From Tricharina praecox (lineage: Eukaryota): a DNA stretch of 64,000 bases. The stretch lies in contig NW_026250405.1 of NCBI RefSeq assembly GCF_024521635.1, positions 1,488,001 through 1,552,000 of the forward strand, written 5' to 3'. The notes under the pieces were generated by a model. The model was not told the origin of the DNA. It was given only the letters and a program-made list of their open reading frames with translations, and searched no databases. How positions within the stretch are numbered: the stretch's first letter is position 1; each line of letters begins with the position of its first letter. Positions 23,558-36,366 of this stretch are shown here, one piece after another. Position numbers and translations under genes: made by a program.

Positions 23558-24589
23558 CACGAGGCTTCACCTCTGATGATACCTACTAGCCCTGAATGAT
23601 CGGCCCTGAAGATGAAGGTTCAGGTTCTTGCTCGCGAAAGTTTGTAGACGAGCATACGCTTAAACGATTGTTAAACCGCGCATGCGCATACACATACTCT
23701 ACTACCTATCCGCATACTCTACTACTCTATACGCACACGCATACGCAATGCATAAGTATGATTTTCACGGCACCGAATCGAGCTGGCGTGCAACCGGTAC
23801 ATACTACTACATACAGCCCCTCCAAACCGCACAAACAGCAGTCGTCAGAGCTGAGGAAACGTGCCCAACGTGAACGTCAGCTCGAAATAAAGTGCACTTC
23901 CCCCCTCGTTCCCGATCCGAAGTCCCGAACAGCTCCTTGGGGCACCTATTCCAGGCTGTCTGCAGCCCACGGTTAGAACTTAGAAGCCCGCACGGCCGGC
24001 GCACGAATCCCCCGGACCAGGACAGAGGTGTGTACATCAGCAAGCAAGTGTATGTACCAGTGTGTATGTACCATAAGCCCCGAGTCTTGAGTCTTGACTC
24101 ACGTACTGCACTGTACGTTACTGTACTGTACATACCCCCCAGGGCCCAATTGCGGATCTCGGTAGGCATATGTAGGTAAGCATGTACGGCCTTACCTAGC
24201 ATAAGGTTCTTACCACCTGACATTGACCCGCCCCGCTTCAACTTTCAACACGTCCATCTATATCTACATATGTATGGTATGTATGGTATCTACCGGTTCT
24301 GTCTCAAGTTTCAACGTTGGCCTGTCCGCTGCAGGAATAGAAATAGGTACCGATATTTCCATCTTGCAGACTTGCAGTCGCCTTGGAAACATACCCCAGG
24401 TTGGGTCAGCTCGCTGCGTACAAAGTACGTCCTGGAGGTGTGTTTTGTTTTTGTTTTTGTGTTTTGTTTTTGGATTTCCCCGTGGTCGATGCCTGCCAGC
24501 TGGGCTGGCTGGCTGCTGGCTGGATGGCCGCGATGTTTTGCTTTGTAACTGGAGTGCATACCTACTTTTTTACCTATCTATCCATCCAT

Positions 24590-24834
24590 CCACCGCTGAA
24601 CCCACCGCTGAACCCACTGCTGAACCCACTGCTGAACCCACTGCTGAACCCACTGCTGAACCCACTGCTGAACCCACTGCTGAACCCACTGCTGAACCCA
24701 CTGCTGAACCCACTGCTGAACCCACTGCTGAACCCACTGCTGAACCCACTGCTGAACCCACTGCTGAACCCACTGCTGAACCCACTGCTGAACCCACTGC
24801 TGAACCCACTGCTGAACCCACCGCTGAACCCACT
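24590..24834. repeat. 12-bp minisatellite (CCACTGCTGAAC), about 20.4 copies
   Basis: Directly visible. Units 1, 2 and 20 are the variant CCACCGCTGAAC; the rest are identical. Confidence 0.97.
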
Positions 24835-27800
24835 ACATGCCGTACGTAAACCCCACTCGCATGTGGCGGGGGTACATAGGGTAGAGTACATACGTGAGAG
24901 GTACCCGTAAGTATCTGCCGGACGATATTCTTAGGCAGTGTACATACATTGCATTGTACTGTACATTGTACTGTACATCCTTCCTAGGTGCAACTGTGCA
25001 ACTGTGCAGGTGTGGCGTGGTATTTGGCGTGGTGTTGAATAATACTGTCGGGGGTGCGACGGGTTAAAGGTTTCATGTTGATGCCAGTCAGTCAGCCAGT
25101 GATCAGCCAGCCATGGAGCCGGCGGTGCATCGTCTGACGGAGGGAGGGAGGGAGGGCTGGGAGACATTTACAGAGGTAGAGACGTGTATTCCGAGGAGGA
25201 GGAGGTGGTGGAGGATGAGCAGGAGGTGGAGGATGAGCAGGAGGAGCAACGTCACTGCAGCTGGCCAGCTGAAAGACACCCAGGATTGGAACATACGTCG
25301 GCGGCGTGCTCGATTCTGCAGGAGGAGGGCGCCTGCGTAAGGGCTGCAAAAAGGGCTGCATCGCCGTCCCGGCTAATACTCTAGAGTACTACATATAGAG
25401 AGGCATGTAACTTATGTAGGTAGCCTGTTGGAACTTGCACTGGCTCAGGCGGTTGACGTTGCCAAGACGCTGGCCCAGCTGGTGGCATGTTCCGGGTTGC
25501 TGCAGGTGTCGACTCCTACATACATGTCTGGGTATAAGAGTGAACCTCTGTATGTACCGGTAGTTAGTGTACTGTGCTGTACTGTGCTGTACCGTATTGT
25601 CCTTGTCCTGTACCCAGTCCCAGCCCCAGCTCGCACACAGTACACACATTCCCGGTCCTACTCTACTCAGTACTCTACGCAGCCTTACCATCACAACCAC
25701 AGCCCTATCCCGAGATGGAACTACATAATACCCATCCACTATATATCCACTCCCACCGCCCCCCTCCCTGGTCGCACTCGGCATCCGATGCACTGCTGTG
25801 GATTCCACGCCCCATCCCCCCCGGCCATCCCCCTGGCACCTGCTGGACCGACCGACCGACCGCCGGATATATCCAGAGTACCTAATACCCATGGTGGTAG
25901 GTAGTTATGTATCTCATTCCATAGTGCTCTCTGCATGTGGGGAGGGGGGGTTCAAGTTGGATATCATCATATGCACCTACGATTCTCACCGCTGCATAGG
26001 TAGCGGCACAAATAGATTAAAGTCCGCAGCATATGTAGGTACTTGGAAGTATCTATGTAGGGTCTTCGCTTTCTCGGCTAACCAACTTTGCTGCTGTTCA
26101 GCTCGAGTTTGTACATTCGTGACGGTTGGCACATACATACATACGATACGATACGATGCGTCACCGCTTCCGGTCACTGTCTCTCTCTCTCTCGCTCCCC
26201 GGTCTGTGGCCACCGCATGGAATCGAGGCTGTGGGGGCTGCAGAGGCTGCGGGGTTGCTGGTGCGAAGTCCAGTACTCGCATCCGAATCGCCATCTGCGT
26301 CCTGCGAGGCCCAATAAAAACCACTGGAGTGGGTGGTTAGCGCGGCAATTGCGCGACTCCGGTGTGCGAAAGCGCGCGGCGACTGCGGCGCCGGCGGCCG
26401 TAACGGCAATTAAGGTGTGGTCTGTGCGCGAGATCCGGTGGTCGGCCTACATACAGTATATACATACATTATACGGTCGTCTTCATCGGAGGAGGAGCAC
26501 GGAGGAGTATGACGGAGGAGCACGAAGGAGCACGTGAATATACATAAATCAATCCGCTGCGCCGACGCCGACAGATCGTCCCCGTCCCCGTCCGCGGAGG
26601 TGTCCCCGCAGTGCATGAGTGCATGGGAAGCGATATTCATAATGGGGGTTCCTCTGATCCGTGAGTGGGGCTTCCCGTCGTATACCCACCTACATACGCC
26701 TACGCTAACAGCCCTACTTCCACGGACTCTGTCGTGTCGGGATTCGTCCTCGGGATTTCGGGATCTCGGGTTGAAGTGGCTCGGCGACCGTCCGATCCTC
26801 TTCGCTCCTCACTCACAGAGGGAAGTTGTGGACTGACAAGTTACAAGTTACCACAGTGCAGGGAGTGAAGATCGCAATACCGGTATTCCCCCCGGGGATC
26901 AACATCAATGATCAACAAGTCGCGCCACGAAAGACGATGGATGGATAGGAGACCGCCGGACGGAATAACACCCCCTCTATACATAGCACGGAAAGCGCCA
27001 TTTCTTTGAAACATAAACGTCGCGCCGCCATCTCATCCCGTGGGTGGAACGCCACGGCGCATAGGTAGCTAAAGGCAGTGCTCCCGAAGGAAGGAAGGAA
27101 GCTATGGCAATGGCGGTAACTGTCCCCTATGTACCTAGGGTAACAACGCTGCCCTGATACATATCAGGTGGAACCAAAACCGGCCAACGGCCCCGCCCGC
27201 CCGCTTACTGTACATACTCGTACATACATACCCGGGAGTCCGAGAAAGCGCTGCCAAGTCGCCGAAATCAGAACCGCAAGGTGAGAGCTTCCCATCCTTG
27301 ATAACTAACAGCTATCCCCAGCCCCCCCGTCCAGCCTCGGTCCTATGTCTGCGGCTTTTAGTAAATGTGATGGGTAGCATCATCCCCCGGCCTATAAGAC
27401 TCATGTTATAGACACACAACTCACATTAGTAGAGTATTCCAGCACCAACCTAGACTCCTGCACCTGTCTTGCGGGGCGAAATGCAACGGCGAGCAGGAGT
27501 GAGTGAGTGAGTGAGTGATATCCCGTGCATGTGTCTACCTATATTAGCGCCCCCTATGTATGATATCATGATTGAGCCCTGCAACGGCCACAACTATCTA
27601 TACATAGATACTCCGATTAGATCTACATACAGACAGACAAGCCGGCTGCCGTAGTTACTCCGCATAGGGATTCCTGAATCCCGATAGCCAACCGAGAATG
27701 GAACAATCCCGAAATAAGACCGACGACCCAAGTTGTCGCCGTGGCCCATCGCCGCAACGGTCCGCCTACATACATACATACATACAGGCGTCGATCAAAA

Positions 27801-29000
27801 CGGCTGCGCGGGGCTCGAGAATTTACCTGCAGAAGCAACGAGGTGGACGTCCTGCGCGCTCTGCGCGCCCGTTGCCATCACGGCCGGAAACGGTTCTCAT
27901 GGTTGGTCACTCGGCCGCAATTCGCGGATCATTAACTGCTCCAGCAGGCCTGCCGGCGCGCGCGCCAATTCATGCGTCGAACTCGACGTATGGGGGCGAT
28001 ATGCGACCCGCCGAAGCAATAGAAGAAGAGGGAGGCAGAAACGGAAACAGTCCATGCGGTTGCGGTTGCTATGCGTATCAGCCCTATGCGGCGGCGGTCG
28101 GTCGCTCGTCTAGCTGCTGCAACCTGCTGCAGCCTGCGGCTGTGTACTCTACTTTATGTAAGGTGCGCGGGCAACGACGTTGCGCTGGATATATGTAGGG
28201 CTAGCCTTACCCCCCCCCCCCCCCCCCCCCCCGCTACGCAGATGCCGCGGCAAGACAAAACGCCGGAACGCGGAACGCGGAATTGACGGATCCCACTCCG
28301 CTCCAGCGGGCGGCAGTCCGACGCACAGGAAAAACAGGGAAAACAAGAAAAAAGCACACACACCGGTAGGTGCTTAGGTGCTCCCCCGCAGATCGGTGCA
28401 AACTCCACTCTTCACGAATCCGGCCAGAACCGGCCCAATCCCCGGAGAAAGAAAATAACTGCCGAACCGCCCCCTCCCACATAACTGGCACAACTGGCAC
28501 CACGATCGGCAACACGACCCGCAACACGATCGGCAGGGGCGGCAGTGGCGGCATCGTGAAACGCAGGATGTGGTGGACGGACGGACGGGCGGACGAGCGG
28601 ACGGACGCTACGTTCACTACCCGTCCGTCTGCGGCCGGGCGGGGCAGCATCGGCATCTGTTGTGGCGCAAAAACCAAAAAATACCTGTACGGGTGGCATG
28701 CGAGTGCCGACTCGGATAGGTAGGGTACTCTATCCGCTCGGTGCTTAGAGCGTCGAGGGCATTCAGGGCTACCCCCATTCTCACGCGAGGACGCAGAGTC
28801 GGCACGGAGTAGAAATAAGCCAGTGCGGGCCGGCTCGCCTGTTGTAGCCCCCAGCTCCGGCCCTCCGGGATCGGGTGGTGAGTGATACGGTAGGACTCCA
28901 TCACTTCGTCCTCATGCGCGAAGTGGGGGGCAAATTTTCCGGCCGTGTGAGTAGATGGGTGTCGGGTTGGACGATAGACAAGGGAACGGTGTGTGTATAT

Positions 29001-29354
29001 TTGCCATGATCCAGATAAGGTCGCACGCAATGAATGATGGAACAAGAAAAATTGCAGCGCAGTTAGCACCTTCATAAAAGCGGCATTTATATAGAAGAAG
29101 GTGGTGAAAAATACAGCCACAGCCACCTATTATTGCATTATCCGGGAAGGCAAAGAGTAGCCGTGTGCTCTGTAGAGCACCATTGCGGCGCCTTGTCTGT
29201 TACCCGTCAACAGTTTATAAGATGCGGAATGCTTCTTCTGTCACGGAAAAAAAACTCGCGTGGCCGAGTGTTCGCGCACCCGGCGGAGGGAACCTGAACA
29301 CCAGTTCGGGTCCCAGGTTTCCAAGCCACCCAATAGGGGGGTGAAGGTTTTTGC
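29001..29354 (+). mobile_element. Composite repeat, copy 2: LINE tail + body + degenerate tRNA-like head
   Basis: LINE tail TTGCCATGATCCAGATAAGGTCGCACGCAATGAATGA, the shared body, an A8 run and an A-box-like TGGCCGAGTG (29261-29270). Ends GGTTTCCAAGCCACCC..GGGTG..GGTTTTTG. Inverted relative to 6622-7031. Confidence 0.8.
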
Positions 29355-29439
29355 CAAAAGTTCAAACCCCACCTCATTACGAACTTTTTTTTTGCTGGAG
29401 TCTAGCACGCCATATCACTCGCCATACGAGTGATCCCAA

Positions 29440-29700
29440 ATGATGCAGGAATTTTACATCGCAATTACACGGAAGCACATCGCCATCCTCATCCTCCGCT
29501 GGGGGGGACCCGAGATCACCATCGAGATCAGATCATACCTGGAACACTGCAAAGACGTTCTCAGAAACGAGAATGCCAACGAATGGGCCAAGTTGGCAAC
29601 CGACAACCCCGCCGCCGCTCGCGAAGTGGAGGGCCCCCGCTACCTACCTGGACCTGTACGGCGCCAGGCCGCACCATGGTCAGATTCACGAGAGAGCTAG
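29440..29700 (+). mobile_element. Degenerate LINE RNase H fragment, same family as 7552-8982
   Basis: PEITIEIRSYLEHCKDVLRNENANEWAKLATDNPAAAREVEGPRYL compared with PAITIEIRWCPAHKDVPGNEKADEWAKLAADNPTARGVEGTRYL. Confidence 0.85.
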
Positions 29701-30990
29701 TTACTCGGCCGCCAAACCCCCGTTGAATACCCCTCCCCCACTTTCCCTCCCCCACCTCCGCTCTTCTTGCTCCAACACACGGCAATCTCAATTTCGTCAC
29801 TCGGTGGATATTTACAACGTGGATAGGATAGGTAGAGTAACTCGTGGATAGTTGGAAGGTGCACCCAGCTAACTAATAGTGTTTCGATTGGCCGCATCAA
29901 CGGCGATGACCCGAAAAGCGCCTAGATGACCACGGCCCGCTCCTCCATCCTCCCATCGAGCTGTCCGCCACTCGCATCCAACATCAATCCGCGGTGTAGT
30001 CTTTATTAGTACATATTACCTACTGTTTCTTTTTCGATATAATACGTCCAGAAGCGCGGAAAAAGAGCCCAAGGCCGCCTAGACCACCGAGCTCGAGTCC
30101 TCCAACATCATGGCCACTGAGATGGTCACTGAGACTCGCACATCCTCCACCCCGAGCTCTCACTGGATGGGTTTCGCACGGAAAAACAAACACCACAGGT
30201 CCACGGCCATAGCCACAACGCAACCCCGCGCAACCCCGCGCGACAAAGGATTATTCCGCGGTCTGGACACTCATCCACGTGGCACGGTGGCAGACGGAAA
30301 ATAGGTGCGGTGAGGGACGGCGGGATAGATCGGGACGCCTACTGGGGTTGCGAAAAAAAACACCGGAGCACACTCCACTTGGAGAATACACGTACATACA
30401 CACGTACATACGCATCCGCGATCTTCCTCTTCCCCCAGAAGGTACGTACGTAGCTACCATATATCTTGATCGTTGCATCGTTCGCCACTAGAGTAGGTAT
30501 ACTCGGAAAGCCTGGTCCCTGGTTTTCTATCTATATAATTGGCTTTCTTGCCACAGCTGGGCCACGTTGTAACTTGTGATGGCTGGATACATACAATCTG
30601 TATTCTTCCGAGACTGCTAGATTTAAACCCGAGCGGTAGTACTACTGGAGACCTCCGGCATCAATCGCACCCCAATATTTTGCTACTATAGGTCTCACAT
30701 GCGTAGGGCTCAGGTGCACAGGCTTGCTGGTGGGCCCCATGGATGCGACAGGTTGAGCTGATTACAAAATATCCGCTTCCGGGCTCACATGGTTAAAGTG
30801 TTCGGGACATAGTACCGTAGGTCATCGGGATCTTCTCGTCGCTGAACTATGTACGTCTAAAAGGTTATTTGAACAGACATCCTCCAACTAATAGCACTAC
30901 AGTAGATTTTTCCCCCTCCCCCCTTGTACTATACAGTATCTGGGTATTTCAGTATTTATATACGGTATATACGCCGCCTCCCCATCCCAT

Positions 30991-33013
30991 CTAAAACTCA
31001 GCCCTATACCCGCCCAGCACCCTCTTACTCCTCTGGACGACAAACGTGCCCCGATCCATCGTATTGACGACGACGTATCCGCTCTTGAACCACCCACCGG
31101 TGTTTGCCCACGTGCCCATGTATTCAGCTACTCCGACCGCATCATCCTCGGGGAAAACTATGATAGGTATATCCGTCAGTCGCTGCAGAGAGAGTCAGAG
31201 ACCTAGGGTAATTCCATCTCACCGTCAAAGTATGCTACTTCCTCGATTCCGGCGCCGGTGGGATCTCGGGGGATTGAGGAGATGTCGAGAATTCGCAGAC
31301 CAGCGGCTTTATGGCACGTTAGAACCCTCACTGGCAACGGTTGGAATGAGGGAGGTGCTTACCGTAGTTGCTCTGGTACGTGAACCCCTTGGCGATATAC
31401 TGGTTGTGGTCGATACTGGTCACCGTGCTCTTGTAGATGCCGGTCTGGAATGGCCGCTCGAGGGACATGATGTTCCAGATGTAGGTTGTGGCCTTTTGGT
31501 CAGCCGCTGCGCCCGCCATCTCGGTCTCGTCTTGTTCGTCGTCCAGCAGGAGGTACTCCTGGTTGGCGGTGTCGAGGACCCAGCCCTGGTGCGTATCTGG
31601 TGGATGGGATTAGCTTACGGCAGCACCTGACAACACAAAAAGGTGGCACATACATGATGCTCCGGGATAAGTGGTGTTGCTGATCAAGGTGGATCTCGCC
31701 TTGTCTGTGATGTCGTAGATGGCGAGGGAGTTCTAATATGGTCAGAGAGCTGTAGGCGTTTTTACTGGCTATGGAGGTGGATGTGTTACCTCGTTGTATC
31801 CGTAGCAGATCTCTCTACCTTCGTATTTCTTGTCCGGGCCATGGTAGATGAGGCATTGCGCACTGTTTCCATATCAATATCAATCCCCAAACGACCATGT
31901 GTGGGAATGTAGGTATGCCATACTCATGAACGTATCCATCCTGATCGTTGCAGCCCGATTGCTTCGGATTGTTGATGTCCGACACATCGATGAAGATCAA
32001 TCCCGAAAGGCACGTAGAGTTCCGCGGCTGCGCACCTATGGGTTTATCAGTTCCGCCCTAGAACGAGGTAATTTCTGGATCGAAAAACTCTCTCTTACCA
32101 ACTGCAATGATGTGCTGGCTGTCCTCCGCAATAACCACATTATGCGACCTTCCCACGGGCAGACCGGTGAACACCGACACATCGGTCGCAATGCTGAAGG
32201 TCCTTGTGGCCCTCGATAGTCGGTCTTTCCTGAGAGCGAGGAGCTTCCTCATGTCGAAGATCTGAATTCCGTGGCCAACGGCTTCCGACCCGATAACTGC
32301 ATAGTGCTTGTAGCTCTTGATTTCCCTCCAGGTTGACGGGAGACTGCCGGCGGGTAGCCGTCCAATGTAGTCGAGCGTACCCGCCTCCTTGCCATGCTTG
32401 TTCCACCAGCCCTTTCCAACGACTTCTGCGAATGCCGCGCCGTCGCTCTGTCCGATCGCTACGAACTCTCGGCCTTCAATGGTTATACCCCAGATGGAGC
32501 TGCCTGTATTCGTCGAGTCGCATTAGCATCATCACCACCATCATCCTCATCATCCTCATGAGTGAAAGCAGCCGGATCGCAGACATAAACATACCGACGG
32601 TGTTGTTGAAAGTGCTCCCCAAGTCCTGGTGGCTAAGGTACCCTAGTGGCGCAGTCAAGATCCACTCCTGCAAGCATGCGGGCTATCGGCCGACAATATT
32701 CGTTCTGCATCTGAGACTTTTATTTACCTGTAACATCCAGGTTCTTGCAGCCATACTCAATGCCAGCAACAGTTGCCTTCCCTCCGGCAGTCGCATTGCC
32801 CGACGATATGCACGGCGAGAACTTATTCGAACTCTTCCATTTCCCCTCCGCAAAATAGCCCTGCGCCCTGTAGTCGGCCCAGGTCCTCTGCTTCGCCGCC
32901 ATGATCGTGTCCATTACTTCGCCGGAGGCCCAGCGGTTGCTCATGTCGAGCTCGTGGGCCATGGCGAGGGCAGGAAGCCCAACGAGGAGGAGAAGTGACG
33001 TGAAGTTCATCAT
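30991..33013 (-). CDS. Secreted choice-of-anchor-B family protein (regulatory P domain-like), 9 exons
   Basis: Manual splicing across 8 GT-AG introns gives an intact frame. Signal peptide MMNFTSLLLLVGLPALAMA, then SHQDLGS, SSIWG..GREFVAIGQSDG, GRLP..STWREIK, GSEAVGHGIQIFDM, GRSHNVV, DGYVHDAQC, ICYGYNE, YTHQGW, LLDDEQDE, IDHNQY, YQSNYAAGLRILD, FDVFPEDD. Stop TAG at 30993-30991. Confidence 0.85.
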
Positions 33014-34934
33014 GCTCGTAAGAGATGTCGTGGAATCGGTAACCAAGGATCGATTTTGCAGGAATCGAAACTTCCGGCTTCTTATATACTGTCGAGAGAG
33101 TGCGGGGAGAGGGGAGAAGATCAATGTTGTTTATTTATCGTCCAGCTGGATGGGTCTCAGCCCCCCGCTCCCAAGGATATGTTCGTTCGTGAATCGAAAC
33201 CTGGGCAATCATACCTCAATCCTCCGACCTATTGGAGTTCAGCAGGGTTCCACAAATACCGTCCAATATGGTCGGCAGCAATTGCAGCAGATCTACTGGA
33301 TCCGGGAGCAGCAGCTGCTGCACGGGAATGGCCGAGACCGGACTAGGATCTGTCGGTATATAGAGTAGGAATATACATGACGATGTAAAGCAAATCTGCC
33401 AGCTGCAGTGTATATAGTATGCGTTTGTTAGCGAATGCCCGGAAACGGCTGCGCATCGTCTTCAGGCACCAAATGGTCGCCATTCGCTCGGAGATAGGAG
33501 GAATGTAGGTACGATAACTATCGTTAATAACTTAAAACAAAGTTGTGATTGAACTGCTGCTTGCATGCTTGATGCAATGGGTAGGTTTACCCCGGCCGGC
33601 TCCGGCGCCGTGACGATCATTGCAGCGTCTTTGCCATGAAGGCACCTACTGTGGAGTAGCTCGCCACACTATACATAGAGTAGTACAATACATACTCTGG
33701 GATCCCGCAGGGGAAGCATGACTGTGTGCATGTATGGCTGTCACCCCGCACCCCATCGGATGGCGGATAACCCTGCATGTAGCCATACTCTAATTCCACT
33801 CATGATCGGTCTTCAGTCCGCCCGCATTTCACGGGCGGATGCAACTCTCGTCGGGAGAGAGCGAGGACAGAACGGCAGTTTATTGTCGCATCAACGCTCG
33901 TCGGCCAGGTCCGCCTGCGCGGATAGTCTGGCATCCGAGTGATTCGGTGTGTGCCACCTTTCCAGGGAACTCTCCGAGCCCCGGCGATCGATATTAGACG
34001 CGGATATCCATATCAAAGCCATTGAGCAGCGATTTTCGATGAGTCGGTTCCTGCAGTCTGGCCGTCGAGAGGTTGGGATATGGAATATGGGAATTAATCC
34101 AACAGTCCAGGGCCCAAGTCGGCTGACATGATATCAACAAGCGAACGCCGAGATGGCCGTTGCGAGCGGCTACTTACCTCGGCTTTGAGCAGTCCATTGG
34201 TCCCACTAGACAAAGTGAGTGCCCTGTGTGAGCCGGCTTATAACCAATGTTGATCCTTAGTGTGTTACTCTACCTAATTGCCTCCCGCCAAACACCAGAT
34301 ATTCGAATCAAGTTGTCTCATTCCCTTCTGACCCCACATTAAGCACAGATGTGGCAGAGTGCACCGCGTGTTGGCATACTTAGTACACCTGTGGGTCCTT
34401 GAGACAAGCCGGTAGAAGGTTTGGCATTGACGGGACCAAGCACGTATGATAGCTAACGGACGGCGGAGCCATCAGCTCGAGTCGGATATTCCTCGTAGTA
34501 CGTCTGACATACGGAAGAAAAGAAGTGGAGGGGCAATGCAAGCCGCAGGTATGGCTTTCACCAAGAGACTGGCTGTTGACAAACATCCAGTACCTAATTA
34601 GCAACTCGAGACGGCATCAATTGCCGCCTTCAAGATACTGTCATTCACTATGGTACTTCTACGTTTGACGAATACCACAACAATCATTGATGTCTTGAGA
34701 TGAAAAGAGGGAGCCACACTCGCAGCCCTCAAGCTGCTCTTCCACGGTATCAACTCCTATCTCGGGTGCTCTTCCCACAGCCCCCTGGAGCTGTAGAATC
34801 ATGAACGCTTCGGTCCTGAACTACGTGGCGTTAGTATCTCGCCACAAATCTGCATGCTGTACGGGACTGACCGTACTCTGGAGATTCGGCTCCGAAGAGG
34901 CCACGAGAATTGAAGGACCGTTTCATGAACAACA

Positions 34935-35096
34935 AGCCATGATGCCAGCAGTATACTATGCCTTCGACATACGGTCATGATGCCAGTAGTATTGTGCCGC
35001 TGACATACAGCCATGATGCGAGTAGCATTGTGCCTCCGACATACAGTCACGATGCCGGGAGTATACTGTGCCTCTGATCTACAATCATGATGCTCC
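34935..35096. repeat. Degenerate 36/38-bp tandem repeat, about 4.4 units
   Basis: Units such as AGCCATGATGCGAGTAGCATTGTGCCTCCGACATAC, with lengths 38, 36, 36, 38 and a partial unit. Confidence 0.85.
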
Positions 35097-36018
35097 ATCT
35101 TCGAACGAGGCCAGGTACACCATCGGCAGGCTTCTCGGTATCACCATATATGACGGAGCCATAATATGGTGCTGACCCAGCAGCGGGATCACTACCGGTA
35201 GAGGGCTGGTAGGTTGCCGGGAAATCGAGGCGGGAAATCGAAGCGGGAAATCGAACGGGAAATCAAGGGTTGGTAAGCTGAGAGAAACAGCATCCGAATG
35301 CTTTTCTTGAGCTCATTTGATATAAAAGATTGTACATCCGCCGGTGTGTCCTCGCGTCATCTCACTGGAGTCTTTCTGCGGTAGACGTTGCCTAAGTTCA
35401 GCCGGCTATTGTCACTCAACCCACTGGCCAATATACCTAACGACTCTTCTTCAATTCCCCGTTCCATAGAATCTCCGTTTCGTCCTTGTTTGATTGTATG
35501 TTGACCTCCGCTATGGAATATAGTTATCTTTGTCCGAGAATGGTCGGTACCTGCAATCGTGTAACACTTGACTTGAGGATCATCATGACTCGATTGAACG
35601 ACTCGGCAACAATTCGAGGCTCGTCGTGACTCGAATTGAATGGCTCGGCAACAATTCAATGTTCCCCCTCCCATCACCGTTGGGACAAGCCCGAGAAGCG
35701 ACGGATACCTCTTCTTCTTTCAATCAGCACTTCCCTTTTCATCCACGCATTTTTTAGTACCACCACCACCAATCCACCCACTAACCGTCTCTCACCAACA
35801 CCAACTCACCTCACCTGTTCTTTCCTCCACAAACCGACCATCACAAGCCGATATCACGGACCGGACCACTCCATCTTTCCTTCCCGGACCGAACATAAGC
35901 CGATATCACCAACGATATTACCAATTATAACCACCCAACCACAGCCTCCACTTCTAACCACCCATCTAACCACAGCGTCCACCTCACCCTCCCCCCCCCC
36001 CCCCCCACCTGCCGTGCC

Positions 36019-36366
36019 ATGGGCGTATGGTACTGCCGTAAGTGCCGCCTGGTGATCAGCGACAGCGAAAAGACATGTATCCGGTGCATCCGCCTGGCGA
36101 AGATCGAATTGATTCCCGAGTGCGTCCTCTCCCCTCCCCCCTCTCCCCTCCCCCCTCTCCCCTCCCTTCCCACCCCTCCCATGCCTGCGTCCTAGCTAAC
36201 AACCCCCAGATCAAAAACAGGAACAAAACCGAAGCAGAAACCGCCGAAGCAGCCGAAGACCTTCTGCTGCATCTGTGACTACGTCGACAGGTTCGAGGAG
36301 TGTCGTAGCTGCTCACATGAGAAAGTGGGGTGCAGCCAGTGTGCGGTCGTGGAGGAGGCGAAGTAG
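36019..36366 (+). CDS. Small Cys-rich putative zinc-binding protein, 85 aa, 2 exons (intron 36120-36209)
   Basis: GCCATGG start context. Intron GTGCGT..GCTAAC..CAG preserves the frame. Product MGVWYCRKCRLVISDSEKTCIRCIRLAKIELIPESKTGTKPKQKPPKQPKTFCCICDYVDRFEECRSCSHEKVGCSQCAVVEEAK. Confidence 0.72.

Noticed and set aside
24223..24910. ORFs with TAEP/NPLL/GSAV/SGFS repeats
   Set aside because: They are by-products of the stop-free 12-bp minisatellite. The flanking parts are not protein-like and no gene structure supports them.
34935..35096. CRISPR-like periodicity (36-38 bp)
   Set aside because: The units are contiguous degenerate tandem copies without unique spacers, the context is eukaryotic, and no cas genes are present.
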